Shown piece after piece: positions 20,129 through 29,903 of a stretch of 53,485 bases of DNA. Source of the stretch: a virus (lineage: Duplodnaviria; Caudoviricetes); the IMG/VR virus record IMGVR_UViG_3300023314_000002, positions 1 through 53,485 of that record. One strand, 5' to 3'. A model generated the notes under the pieces. That model ran no database searches, was not told the DNA's origin, and worked only from the letters and a program-made list of their open reading frames with translations. A program made the translations under genes and the position numbers. Every line of letters starts with the position of its first letter. Positions within the stretch are counted from its first letter, which is position 1.

Positions 20129-22105
20129 TTAAAGTCTACCCAACATGGCATCACAAAAATTCTGCCATGTTCCATTTGTATATTTCAACTCTTTTAATAC
20201 ACGCGCTACAATTATATCTTTCACAACACCTGCATACAAACGGCAATCATACAAGTGATTCTGCACGTTATCATTTTTCTTTACCCATCTAAAATAAGTT
20301 TCTTTATCATAAACTTTATGTTCGGCTTCGAAATGTGAAAAATAATTATTGAATGTATATAAGCCCCGAGACGGAATAGGAAAATTCATAAAACCTGCAG
20401 GTTGCTTCATGTTCATAGTATCATTCCATCTCAAAGAAATCTTTTCCGATAACCATTGCTTAGTTAAATTAGTTTCCACCATATACAAATTTGGCTTTTC
20501 CAAAGATTGCTTAAACGATTTCGCATCGCGCTGATTCATTGTAAATTTATCTGTATCTTTTCCTTTCAATCCAACAATTGTAAAATCTTTAGAATCTATA
20601 AATTGGTAGCCAAAATCTTTTAAGTAGCCACAATCTACGCCTGCAGTAAATACTGGCATAAAACGACCATCATCGGTCGGAATAGAAGTATTTATTATCT
20701 TATCTAACTCATCCCAAACGCTGCGCTGCATCCCGTGTTGATATGTCCACCGTTCACGGTCAATACCGTTCTGTCCCTCGCGTGGTACAAAAGTTCCAAT
20801 AGATCCATGACTAATTGAATAACTCGGTCCGGCTTCCGACCATCCTACAATCTCATAATCTAAACGTGCGTCATCTAATTTGCCATTCATATCACAGCCT
20901 AAAGTAACTATAACAATAGGACCGTTACCATCATTTTCGCTCATTTGGTTTGGCACAATGCCTACTTCATAATCGCGGATATTCTTTTGTAATTCTGTTG
21001 ATGATAATTCCTCTGCTGGCGGATCGTAAGTTTCACCAAGCACCACATTTACAAAAGTTTTATACAAATCTTCTTTGCGTGGCTGTCCTACCGGATGCGC
21101 TTCAATCCAATCATTCACATAATGTTCCCAACCATACATTCCGATTGGTGCATACAAAGAAGAAATGTGATAGGAATAATAACCTGGTTTGCTTGGTTCG
21201 GCAGTTGCTACCCATTGCCCTAAATTTAACAACTCATTTTTGTTTTTATCATCAAAAAACTCGCCACATTCCTGACACACATAACCTACTGAATCATGAA
21301 TTACCTTTCCTTTTTCGTCTAATTTCCATGTGATGCCGCCTGTAATTTCACCTTTCGTAATGGTCCAACACCATTCTATAAACTCACCACAACAAGGACA
21401 TGGTATCATATATTTGCGCTGGTCCCCTAACAGGTAAGCCTCTTCAATATTAGAACCATCAGCAAGCTCAGGCGTTGAACAATAGCATATTTTGTGAGAA
21501 TCTTCATATGCGGCAAACCTTTGTTCTAATAATTTTCGCGTACTACCGGACTCTTTTGATTTAGATTTTACACTTTCAAAATCATCAAACAATCCATACT
21601 TCAAAGAAACGTCACGAATATCTTTGTGATTATTTGCGCTGCCAATGTGAATATAACCGCCTGAAAATTCCTTTTTTGTATTAGTATCACCGGACTTTTG
21701 CGCTCGTTTACGCAACACCTGTGGCTTTATATATGGTCGTAAGCCAGCATTATCAATACCAATATCTAATTTCTCTGTAGCTTTTTCAATTAAATCAGGT
21801 GAGCCTACCAAAAAGTAAGCATTTGATGGATCATTTTTTATCATCCAAAGCAAAGTCGGAATTAAAACACCTGCAGACAAACCAATCTGCGCACCTTTCA
21901 TAATCGCTAACCACTTCATAGGATTATCTGTTGCAAATCGATCTATAATCTCACGGCAATAAGGCGTGCGTAAATAACTGAACGGACCGGGAAAAGGCTT
22001 ACCCATCACAACATTTTGCATTACCCATTCACTCGGTTTAATATCCGAAATGGAAACATTGCTGCTCTCAATTAAATCAACTAACTGATTTGAATATTCT
22101 ATCAT
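20129..22105 (-). CDS. terL: Terminase large subunit, lambda gpA family
   Basis: MKGAQIGLS Walker A, FDDFE Walker B, STP, GDQRKY.IPCPCC, YVCQEC and NHLYDC motifs. Confidence 0.96.
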   Translation of the reverse strand: MIEYSNQLVDLIESSNVSISDIKPSEWVMQNVVMGKPFPGPFSYLRTPYCREIIDRFATDNPMKWLAIMKGAQIGLSAGVLIPTLLWMIKNDPSNAYFLVGSPDLIEKATEKLDIGIDNAGLRPYIKPQVLRKRAQKSGDTNTKKEFSGGYIHIGSANNHKDIRDVSLKYGLFDDFESVKSKSKESGSTRKLLEQRFAAYEDSHKICYCSTPELADGSNIEEAYLLGDQRKYMIPCPCCGEFIEWCWTITKGEITGGITWKLDEKGKVIHDSVGYVCQECGEFFDDKNKNELLNLGQWVATAEPSKPGYYSYHISSLYAPIGMYGWEHYVNDWIEAHPVGQPRKEDLYKTFVNVVLGETYDPPAEELSSTELQKNIRDYEVGIVPNQMSENDGNGPIVIVTLGCDMNGKLDDARLDYEIVGWSEAGPSYSISHGSIGTFVPREGQNGIDRERWTYQHGMQRSVWDELDKIINTSIPTDDGRFMPVFTAGVDCGYLKDFGYQFIDSKDFTIVGLKGKDTDKFTMNQRDAKSFKQSLEKPNLYMVETNLTKQWLSEKISLRWNDTMNMKQPAGFMNFPIPSRGLYTFNNYFSHFEAEHKVYDKETYFRWVKKNDNVQNHLYDCRLYAGVVKDIIVARVLKELKYTNGTWQNFCDAMLGRL

Positions 22106-22731
22106 AAACGTTCTCCAACTCCTTTTTTCTCAACGTGTGTTTGAATAATTGATTCAATAGATTTTGATGTTGCAAAGATCGCTTTTGCTATCGCGCCATT
22201 GGTCGCCTTAATTAATTCTCCTTTACAATAGGCAATATCTTCTACAGAAAATGAATGCTTTTTGCTCATTATCCTCACAATTTCATCAGCTGCATTCTTA
22301 AATTCAGTTAAAATAGATTGGTTGTGCTGCAAAATAACTGGCTTAATTAGCTCTACCGGAACAACTTCACCTTTCTTTTTCTGTATTTCTATTTGTAGTT
22401 TTTCAATTTCACGACCACGCTTTACCGTGTCAAGATGCTTTAATAATGTTGTAGATTTGTGTAGATTTGGAACGCCTGAGTTGTCTTCCGGTTCTATTTC
22501 TCGATTAATTGGTTCTGTTTTTTCAACTAAAGATTCATTAATTTCTTCTATTTCGTCCTTTGGTGGCAAAAAACAAACCTCTCTCTTTTCCAAAAATAGT
22601 TTATTAGTCACATCATCACTATCAATGAATCCTGAAATGACAACAACTTTATTTCTTTGAATATAAACAGATAACTCTTTGGTTTTCAACTTACAAATAT
22701 CTGCAAATTCCTTTTTAGAATATAATGCCAT
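22102..22731 (-). CDS. terS: Terminase small subunit, Nu1-like
   Basis: N-terminal wHTH-like SKKEFA..C, coiled coil ending KKGEVVPV; overlaps the terL start; ATG 22731 preferred. Confidence 0.8.
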   Translation of the reverse strand: MALYSKKEFADICKLKTKELSVYIQRNKVVVISGFIDSDDVTNKLFLEKREVCFLPPKDEIEEINESLVEKTEPINREIEPEDNSGVPNLHKSTTLLKHLDTVKRGREIEKLQIEIQKKKGEVVPVELIKPVILQHNQSILTEFKNAADEIVRIMSKKHSFSVEDIAYCKGELIKATNGAIAKAIFATSKSIESIIQTHVEKKGVGERL

Positions 22732-22747
22732 AGTCAAATTTACAAAA

Positions 22748-22779
22748 TTGTTGTCAAATAAGTTCCAACTTGACAACAA
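22748..22779. repeat. 10-bp inverted repeat upstream of terS
   Basis: TTGTTGTCAA-N12-TTGACAACAA. Confidence 0.8.
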
Positions 22780-22866
22780 AAGTTCAAATATAGTCACACA
22801 TGCTTTTTATTGCGGTGTTTCATACATTGCGTGGAACGTATATTTTGTTTCACAGTACCTTGACAT

Positions 22867-22897
22867 TTAACATTGGCTTAACATTGACTTAACATTG
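22867..22897. repeat. Three TTAACATTG copies with 11-bp period
   Basis: Copies at 22867, 22878 and 22889. Confidence 0.85.
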
Positions 22898-23146
22898 ATG
22901 TGTACTCTCCTGCTGCTTTAAAGCTTTATCCATCTCATGAAAACATAAGCACACGCACACCACGTTAACATAAATACATTTGAGCTTATAATAATAGCAA
23001 CAATGTTTATTATTACAATTGAAATTACAACTAATATTGTTTGATTATTATAGCTCATAATTTCTAAATTTTACTTACCAACCAACACGCAAAAGCAATT
23101 AGTATAGCGTATATAGTCATTAATATTGTTTTTAATTGGTACTTTT

Positions 23147-23590
23147 TCATTTAAATAATGGCAATTTATATCCAGACAAAGAATAAGTGACATTTTGTAA
23201 TTGATGAACATATTTAATCTTTATGTTTTCTGAAAAAGCATCTGCAAAATAAAATTCTTTAGGTTTTAATATTTCATCTTCTAAAAAGAATCCCCCGAAA
23301 TCCATATAATACCACATCATAACATCTTCTCCTTTATAATTCAAACCTTCACTGGGTTCAAATCCCAATAATTGAAGATACGCATGATCTATTGGAATTG
23401 GACTTAAATCAAAAAGGCTAAATTCTTGATATTCTGTTGCATGATGAATATTCATAGTAGCTCTTATTGCCCTAACCTTGAATAAGCCAATTTCCACTAC
23501 TTTATAAGGTATTTCTAATGGTAAATGTATAGGATTTCTTCTTTGTATTGGATAAAAAAGATTTTCTATTCTTAATTCTATTGCTTCCAT
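23147..23590 (-). CDS. Hypothetical phage protein (YopX-like), paralog of 39839..40204
   Basis: ELRIEN, SPIPI..LLGFE and IKYVHQLQN motifs. Confidence 0.7.
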   Translation of the reverse strand: MEAIELRIENLFYPIQRRNPIHLPLEIPYKVVEIGLFKVRAIRATMNIHHATEYQEFSLFDLSPIPIDHAYLQLLGFEPSEGLNYKGEDVMMWYYMDFGGFFLEDEILKPKEFYFADAFSENIKIKYVHQLQNVTYSLSGYKLPLFK

Positions 23591-23634
23591 ATCTATAATT
23601 TAGTTTTATTTACTGGTATCATTTTTCTATTTCT

Positions 23635-23958
23635 TTACAAAGTGATTAATTCGTATTCAAAAAATTCTTTTCCTTTTGGTACGATTTCTTTTGTTACCGT
23701 TAATTTATAAATTAGATTATCATTAAAGCCTAATTTTTTACTCAATAAATCAATTGTCATCTTGTTCGGATTATCTATGTCGCTTCCTTTGCTGCTAAAA
23801 CCATAGTTAATTCGTAATTCTAATGGCTTATTTTCAATTATTTGCTTTGGCATGAGGAATAAACAATCTCTTTCAAATTTAGTGTATAAATGAGACTTTT
23901 GTCTTCTTCCTTTCCAGGCTTCATTAACCGATAACGCTTTCAAATTAATCCTTACCAT
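23635..23958 (-). CDS. rusA: RusA-family Holliday junction resolvase
   Basis: LSVNEAW, SDIDNPNK..D and NDNLI motifs. Confidence 0.85.
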   Translation of the reverse strand: MVRINLKALSVNEAWKGRRQKSHLYTKFERDCLFLMPKQIIENKPLELRINYGFSSKGSDIDNPNKMTIDLLSKKLGFNDNLIYKLTVTKEIVPKGKEFFEYELITL

Positions 23959-24202
23959 GTCTTTTATTTATTATTTCTTGAAATTCTGCTAAATATTGTT
24001 TTTTATCACCTTTCTGGATATGATGTTCTCGGCAAAGTGCAACTAAATTAGTTATTTCATTCAATAATTTTGAGTTTTGTTTACGATTAATAATATGATG
24101 AATATCATTAGCTATTTTTGAGCAGTTAGGAATTTCACATTTTATTTTTTCGTCAATAGTATATCCGAAATGGTCAAGATAAATTTTTGTATAGCTTTTC
24201 AT
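23945..24202 (-). CDS. HNH endonuclease-like protein
   Basis: C..C, DIHHI and NLVALCREHH motifs. Confidence 0.8.
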   Translation of the reverse strand: MKSYTKIYLDHFGYTIDEKIKCEIPNCSKIANDIHHIINRKQNSKLLNEITNLVALCREHHIQKGDKKQYLAEFQEIINKRHGKD

Positions 24203-24265
24203 TGTTGCAGTTCCTTGATTTGCATTTTTTCATTTACCAAGATATTTTAATTGAATATCCATCTT

Positions 24266-24643
24266 TTATTGTGTGATGGGTGGTGACAAATAATCTCTTA
24301 ATTCTCTAATATGTGTAACTTTTACAGTTTCTTGAGTTGCACAATAGTGTGAAACTCTCCATCTTTGAATTTTAGAATTAAACCATCCAACAAATGGAAT
24401 TGGGTTTCCTGATGTAAAATCAATACATTCTAAATAATCACTATCTCCTGAGTCATCTATTTCGAGTATGACACTATCTACACTTACCCAATAATCTTTA
24501 GACTTTAGTTCTGCGTAGCGTTCTGCAACTTCATCAACAATAGAATTATTAACAAAAACAGTATTTGTATAATCTTCCCAATCTTTTGTTAAATGACGTT
24601 TTGCAATCTCATTTTTTGCTTTTTCGAGTAGTTCGTTTTTCAT
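24266..24643 (-). CDS. Hypothetical protein (DUF551-like C-terminus)
   Basis: WVSV...VTH pattern. Confidence 0.6.
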   Translation of the reverse strand: MKNELLEKAKNEIAKRHLTKDWEDYTNTVFVNNSIVDEVAERYAELKSKDYWVSVDSVILEIDDSGDSDYLECIDFTSGNPIPFVGWFNSKIQRWRVSHYCATQETVKVTHIRELRDYLSPPITQ

Positions 24644-24830
24644 TGGTGGTGTATTTAGTGTTATTTTTTACTTGGTTCCATTTTTGTTTCATTAAATCAC
24701 TTCTTAATAAATTCAAGTCTTTTACAACTTCTTTTATCAGTACGGACTCATCTTTGTCAGCCTTTTCAATGGCATAATCCATTATAAATCTTAAACTTTC
24801 GGTGTAACTATTTATTGATTTTACTTTCAT
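24609..24830 (-). CDS. Hypothetical protein
   Basis: ORF in a coupled minus-strand gene run. Confidence 0.55.
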   Translation of the reverse strand: MKVKSINSYTESLRFIMDYAIEKADKDESVLIKEVVKDLNLLRSDLMKQKWNQVKNNTKYTTNEKRTTRKSKK

Positions 24831-25066
24831 TTTATTAAGTACTTAGTATTGTAATAATCTTTTGAATCACAACTCATGTGTTTTCTATTTCCGAATACAT
24901 CAATCTGTGTTTCATATTCAGTAAACCCATCTTCGTAGGCATCAATTACCATCTGCTTTTCCGCTTCTAAAATCTTGGTGGCTTTTTCTAAACAATCTAT
25001 CCTATCCGGGAAGTTAGATGGGTTCTTCAGCCATTCAATTAGCTGCTGTATTGGTGTTTTGCTCAT
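24827..25066 (-). CDS. Hypothetical protein
   Basis: EKQMVIDAY..DYYN pattern; coupled to neighbours. Confidence 0.7.
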   Translation of the reverse strand: MSKTPIQQLIEWLKNPSNFPDRIDCLEKATKILEAEKQMVIDAYEDGFTEYETQIDVFGNRKHMSCDSKDYYNTKYLIK

Positions 25067-25068
25067 GG

Positions 25069-25500
25069 TTAAATTTGTTTAATGATTAGAAGTTTTGATC
25101 CGGTGGATAGGGTTTTTAGTTCGTATTCTTGCCATTTTTCATACTTATCAATTGCATTGTACATTCTTTGTGTGTCTGGCTCACATGGTATATTAGGCTT
25201 ATCACCCATCGGATTTTTAAGATAGATTCCGTTTGCTTCAAGCAGAAAAATAAATTCTTTATAAAGCAATTCAAGCTTTTCAAACCAATCAAATGTACAA
25301 GTACCGTCTTTGGTTACTGTACCGATGATTTCATATCTTCCACTTTTCTGAATAGAATTATCATCTTTTACAGTTCTGAATGTGTTCTCAGATAATAGCA
25401 AATTGTACCAAATATCTGAAGAATAAATTCTTATATCATAAGCATCTTCCGGAACGGTTACGGCTATTAGATTTGTTGGTGATAATCTTACTGTCTGCAT
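25069..25500 (-). CDS. Hypothetical protein
   Basis: 143-aa ORF in the coupled run. Confidence 0.7.
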   Translation of the reverse strand: MQTVRLSPTNLIAVTVPEDAYDIRIYSSDIWYNLLLSENTFRTVKDDNSIQKSGRYEIIGTVTKDGTCTFDWFEKLELLYKEFIFLLEANGIYLKNPMGDKPNIPCEPDTQRMYNAIDKYEKWQEYELKTLSTGSKLLIIKQI

Positions 25501-25501
25501 G

Positions 25502-25717
25502 TTATTTTATTTTAATTTGAGACTCAGCTTTTACGCATTTAAAATTGTAGTTATTTTTCCAATAATTCCATGACTCACCGCTTCCGCTTATAAAATTTGA
25601 TATACTTTTACTTCTTGTCCTGGCAAAAGTATCTATTACTACATAAGGACTTAAACCTGTTGGATGGTCATAATTTACTATCACCCAACCATCTCTTGAG
25701 TCTGTTATCTTATCCAT
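25502..25717 (-). CDS. Hypothetical protein
   Basis: Start probably MDKITD, overlapping the upstream stop. Confidence 0.6.
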   Translation of the reverse strand: MDKITDSRDGWVIVNYDHPTGLSPYVVIDTFARTRSKSISNFISGSGESWNYWKNNYNFKCVKAESQIKIK

Positions 25718-26000
25718 TGCTTTGCTGTTTAGATTGTTTGAAAATTTCGTAAAGTTGTTCTGTTGTTTTAACAAATGTAATATCCTTACCTTCATCGTCT
25801 CTCAAATACCATTCATTTGCATTCGGAAATCTTGGAGTTGCATTTTTATATAACCATCTACCAAATTCGATAGATGTATGCTGCTCTCTTTGTGCTGCAT
25901 ATATTTCCATTACTTCAATTACATAAGGTTTTACTTTTAATGACAGAAAATGAGGCATTTCATCTTCCATTTGTGCTACTATTTGCGCTGCTGTTTTCAT
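25710..26000 (-). CDS. Hypothetical protein
   Basis: ORF coupled (ATGA) to the upstream gene. Confidence 0.7.
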   Translation of the reverse strand: MKTAAQIVAQMEDEMPHFLSLKVKPYVIEVMEIYAAQREQHTSIEFGRWLYKNATPRFPNANEWYLRDDEGKDITFVKTTEQLYEIFKQSKQQSNG

Positions 26001-27088
26001 AATATAGCTTTTGTTTGATTATCTATTTTTAGTGTTAATTCTGCGAGCTTTTCGATTAAAAAACATCTTGTATTCGTTATCAAATCTAAATCCTTATTTT
26101 TTAAAAGAGATTCATCAAAATCTTGATACATTACTTCAATCAAATCAGCTATTTTTTCATCTTGGTAATCTTTACTTTGCTCTTTCACTACTTCTTTTTC
26201 CTTAAATATTGGTTCAAGCCAAATATTTAACACTCCTGATTCCTTTAATTCTTTTTCGAAATCAGATCCAACTTTTATCTCGGGAAGCTTCCTTGATTGA
26301 CTTCTTTTTGGTCGTATTGTATTTATTATGTCAACTACCAAAGATGTATAATTTGCATATTTTTCTTTCATTTTCCACCCGACAATTTCCTCTTCCTGAA
26401 GCTCAAACATTGGCTTTTCTGGAATGGATTCTGAAAATCTTTCACTCCAATTTTCCACTTCTTCTTGTAAGTCTTTAAATTTCTCGGTAAGCTCATTTAT
26501 TGATTGCATCTTCTTCTCCATTTTCAATTCTTCTACACCTTTTCTAATCTCTTTTTTTAATTCTTTCCTTGACTCCGTTCGATCGTCATCTTTCAATATC
26601 CATTTCTTGAATTGGTCAAAGGTTATTTCTGTGAAATCATCGTGGTTTGGTGCTTTTTCTTGAAAAGATGCTTTTGGCGAATTAAATGAGCCACAAACAT
26701 TTTCAGAATAAACAAAACCTGATGTAGTAAAATAATGTTCATAGTTATATTTTTTATTAAACCATTCATTAATAACTTTCGCTGTTTCGGATGTTCTTTT
26801 AATACACCATTTTTTTGGCAAAGACTCTTTCACATTCAGCACCTCTCTTAGCTCTTCTATGGTCTTTAGTTCGGTGTAACCTTGTTTTTCTAAATATTCT
26901 TTCCCCCAACTCATATCACCATATGTTAATAGGATATAAATTCCATTGTGTTCAGTTAAATAATGAAATATACCTACCACTTCATTGTACGTAAATTTTT
27001 TGTCAGCTGCATTATTGATAATTTGTTGAATTTGTTGCAAATTTTCATTTGTTGGTACTATGAACCATTTTTTGTTTTGATTTTCCAT
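25997..27088 (-). CDS. Hypothetical modular protein with duplicated KKW-x-I domain and coiled coil
   Basis: KKWFIVPTNEN..ELKTIEELREVL and PKKWCIKRTSET..EITFDQFKKWIL. Confidence 0.75.
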   Translation of the reverse strand: MENQNKKWFIVPTNENLQQIQQIINNAADKKFTYNEVVGIFHYLTEHNGIYILLTYGDMSWGKEYLEKQGYTELKTIEELREVLNVKESLPKKWCIKRTSETAKVINEWFNKKYNYEHYFTTSGFVYSENVCGSFNSPKASFQEKAPNHDDFTEITFDQFKKWILKDDDRTESRKELKKEIRKGVEELKMEKKMQSINELTEKFKDLQEEVENWSERFSESIPEKPMFELQEEEIVGWKMKEKYANYTSLVVDIINTIRPKRSQSRKLPEIKVGSDFEKELKESGVLNIWLEPIFKEKEVVKEQSKDYQDEKIADLIEVMYQDFDESLLKNKDLDLITNTRCFLIEKLAELTLKIDNQTKAIL

Positions 27089-27115
27089 AATTCTATTTGT
27101 TTATTGGTTTGAATT

Positions 27116-27412
27116 TTAGCCTTGTGAATAATGGATAGATTTAAATAAATATTCTGAATCAAATATTACACTATAATCTCTGCTCCAACCTTGTGTATCA
27201 CTTTCATTTTGACCTCCTGTTTCACCAAAAAAAAAGAACAATCTACCATCTTTCAATATTGAACATTCGTCTACCATTAATTCTAAATTATCCTTATCCT
27301 CAATAAATGATTTTAAAAGTGTTTTAAATTTTTTAGGACAGTAATCTATGGCAATAGTTAAATCTATTTCATTTTGCCATATTTCATTCCATTTTATGTA
27401 TTTGCTTTCCAT
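27116..27412 (-). CDS. Hypothetical protein
   Basis: 98-aa ORF. Confidence 0.65.
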   Translation of the reverse strand: MESKYIKWNEIWQNEIDLTIAIDYCPKKFKTLLKSFIEDKDNLELMVDECSILKDGRLFFFFGETGGQNESDTQGWSRDYSVIFDSEYLFKSIHYSQG

Positions 27413-27413
27413 T

Positions 27414-27770
27414 TTATTTATTTAAAGTTTTCTCCATGTCGGATATTATTTCGCTTAGTACTTTGAGGCGCCATTGCTTAGATGCAACTAATGATTCTAC
27501 CAATTCTGTATGAATTAAGTAATGACCAAAAATATCATCTCTATCATAGTTAAAGTACCTGTGAAATTCAGGGAATAATTCAGGTGTTTTTGTTTGTTTT
27601 ATCCTTTTTCCATTTCCTATATCATCATCAAAATACTTAACCTTAAAAAACAAACAAGGCAACAGCCAGCATAAGTGATTATATTGTAATCCAAAATGGT
27701 TATTTCCTTTTTCTACAATTTCCTTAGCTCTCTTATAGACTGCTAATCTCTCTTCAAATGTTGGTTTCAT
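27414..27770 (-). CDS. Hypothetical protein
   Basis: 118-aa ORF. Confidence 0.7.
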   Translation of the reverse strand: MKPTFEERLAVYKRAKEIVEKGNNHFGLQYNHLCWLLPCLFFKVKYFDDDIGNGKRIKQTKTPELFPEFHRYFNYDRDDIFGHYLIHTELVESLVASKQWRLKVLSEIISDMEKTLNK

Positions 27771-27791
27771 CGTTTTTATTTTTTTAAATAG

Positions 27792-28019
27792 TTATTTAAG
27801 TTTATATTCTCTTTTTGTTTGACCTAAAAATATTTGATGATTAAATAATTTACCTTTTACTTTAAAACAATTACTTTCAACGTCTAAAAGGCAACCATCA
27901 GGGTAAAATATATCATTCATTGATTCTATATAAATACCATAGTTAAAATATGTAATAATATCGGTGTCGAAAGTGTAAATTACTTCAGATGTTTTAATGT
28001 CTATTAATTCAATTTTCAT
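27792..28019 (-). CDS. Hypothetical protein
   Basis: 75-aa ORF with A-rich leader. Confidence 0.6.
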   Translation of the reverse strand: MKIELIDIKTSEVIYTFDTDIITYFNYGIYIESMNDIFYPDGCLLDVESNCFKVKGKLFNHQIFLGQTKREYKLK

Positions 28020-28040
28020 ATTTAAGTTTATTTATTTGTT

Positions 28041-29903
28041 TTAAAATATTTCAAATTCCTTTTGCTCTAATTCTGTTGGCTTGTAATCGCGCATTTCGTC
28101 TGCGAGTGATTTTGTTTCTTTATTTTTGTGCGCATAAATTGCACGTTCCATATAATCAATACCGTTGAAATAGAAACGTCTTTTAGCTCTATTTAACTCA
28201 AAACCCAAAGTTCCTTTTTTGCCTACACTTTTTTGTCTTCTTATTTTTTTAGAATGAAATTCACAATATGGACTATTCGGATCTAATTGATGATTTGGTC
28301 TGTCGTAAATCAATATATTATCCATTTTATTGTTCCACATTGCACCGTCCGCAATATCAAATACGCCTGGACATGGATAATTTCCAGAACTATCTTTTGT
28401 CATTTTTACAGGGTGTGCAACTATTACAAATTTTTGATTGTTTATTTGCGCAAATCTTGAAAAATCAGATAAAACAGTTTCTAAATATTTGTCTGAACGT
28501 CCCCCTGACTTTCCATACTCATTTGACATTTGATTGAATGGATCGACAATACAACCGGTAACATTTTGCTTTATTATAAGCTCTAAAAAACGTTCTTTTA
28601 TATATTCTGGAGTTGGTGCCATTTCCTTTGGATAAACATAAAAAATACTTTTAGAAATCAAATCATAAGCACTTTCATACATTTCTAAAGATGGCTTATT
28701 ATAATTGAAAGGCGTGCAGTCGCAACCTAAATACATTTCTACAAAGTCATGGTAGAACTCTTCAGCAGGATTATCTTCCGGTCCAAAAATTGCAAATTTT
28801 TCATCAAATAAGAGAACTTTTAGTAGCAATAGAAACTTTAAAAATGTAGACTTTCCGTAATTTCCAATTCCAGATAATAATGTAATCTCTCCGTTTTTAA
28901 ACTTAAAAAATTCGTCTAAATCAGGTATTCCTGTTGTTTCAACACTCTCATATCCATTTTCAAAAATATGAATCGCTTTTGCTTTCACATCTTCACCAAA
29001 AATTACATCTTTAGGTTTTATATCTAAATTATAAATTTCGGTATTTATTTCTGTTTTTATTTCACTTCTTGTTACTCTGTCGACTAAAACATCTTTTGAA
29101 AATTCAGCACTACCAAAATGACTTGCATTCGTCTTGTAGGCACTTTTTACGGTTCTTTCGCATTCATTTGAACTAAATGTATTATCCGATGTAGAAAAAC
29201 GAAATCTGCAAAGATTATACGCATCTGTTTGGTTTATTCCAAACCTACAACATGCACTCGCTAATTTGTAAATAAAAGTATTTCTTTCTCCAGTTACAAA
29301 AGCATCACCACGATTTGATAGCCACTTTAATATATTTTCAAATGTTTCAAATTCATCATCTAATTTTTTAGGTTCTAAAATTTGTTCTTTTTTTGCTATT
29401 TTTTTAAATTCTGTTGCAATTGTATTGATGTAAATGTTTTCATCTGCACTTTCGTAACACACACGACTTTCATTAATTCCAGACTTATCAGCATCGGAAA
29501 ATATTTCTCTTAGTGCAATAAAATGTTCTCGATGTTTTTTACCATCAGCAATTTTAATTAATGCTTTTAATCCTTTTCCGCTTGGTGAAATCCAACAAGC
29601 ATAAACAAAAACATGTGAAATAATTTCATTTTTCTTTGATTCTAAATTTTCTATATTGTCAAAATCCAAAACAATAAAACCTGAATGATGTAATATTTTT
29701 GCATCTTCACGTTCATTGAATTTTCCAGAAAAACAAACACTTGGTAAATTGCATTTCAGTTTATTTGCACGCTCTTTGTCAATTTGCGTTCTAATTTCCT
29801 GAACTTGCAATAAAGATTTACCTGACTTAATGCGCTCCAAAGCCTTATCGACCGAAATGTAATTAGGTTGTTTGTCAAAAATATTTCTGTAAATCGTTAC
29901 CAT
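28041..29903 (-). CDS. Primase-helicase (VirE_N/BT4734-like, PriCT and DnaB-like SF4 helicase domains)
   Basis: LPSVCFSGKF, LDFD, ISPSGKGLK, GERN; Walker A GIGNYGKS, IVDPFN, VAHP and KIR motifs. Confidence 0.9.
   Translation of the reverse strand: MVTIYRNIFDKQPNYISVDKALERIKSGKSLLQVQEIRTQIDKERANKLKCNLPSVCFSGKFNEREDAKILHHSGFIVLDFDNIENLESKKNEIISHVFVYACWISPSGKGLKALIKIADGKKHREHFIALREIFSDADKSGINESRVCYESADENIYINTIATEFKKIAKKEQILEPKKLDDEFETFENILKWLSNRGDAFVTGERNTFIYKLASACCRFGINQTDAYNLCRFRFSTSDNTFSSNECERTVKSAYKTNASHFGSAEFSKDVLVDRVTRSEIKTEINTEIYNLDIKPKDVIFGEDVKAKAIHIFENGYESVETTGIPDLDEFFKFKNGEITLLSGIGNYGKSTFLKFLLLLKVLLFDEKFAIFGPEDNPAEEFYHDFVEMYLGCDCTPFNYNKPSLEMYESAYDLISKSIFYVYPKEMAPTPEYIKERFLELIIKQNVTGCIVDPFNQMSNEYGKSGGRSDKYLETVLSDFSRFAQINNQKFVIVAHPVKMTKDSSGNYPCPGVFDIADGAMWNNKMDNILIYDRPNHQLDPNSPYCEFHSKKIRRQKSVGKKGTLGFELNRAKRRFYFNGIDYMERAIYAHKNKETKSLADEMRDYKPTELEQKEFEIF

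Noticed and set aside
22867-22897. Short repeats as a mini-CRISPR array
   Set aside because: 9-bp units with 2-bp gaps, no spacers and no cas genes
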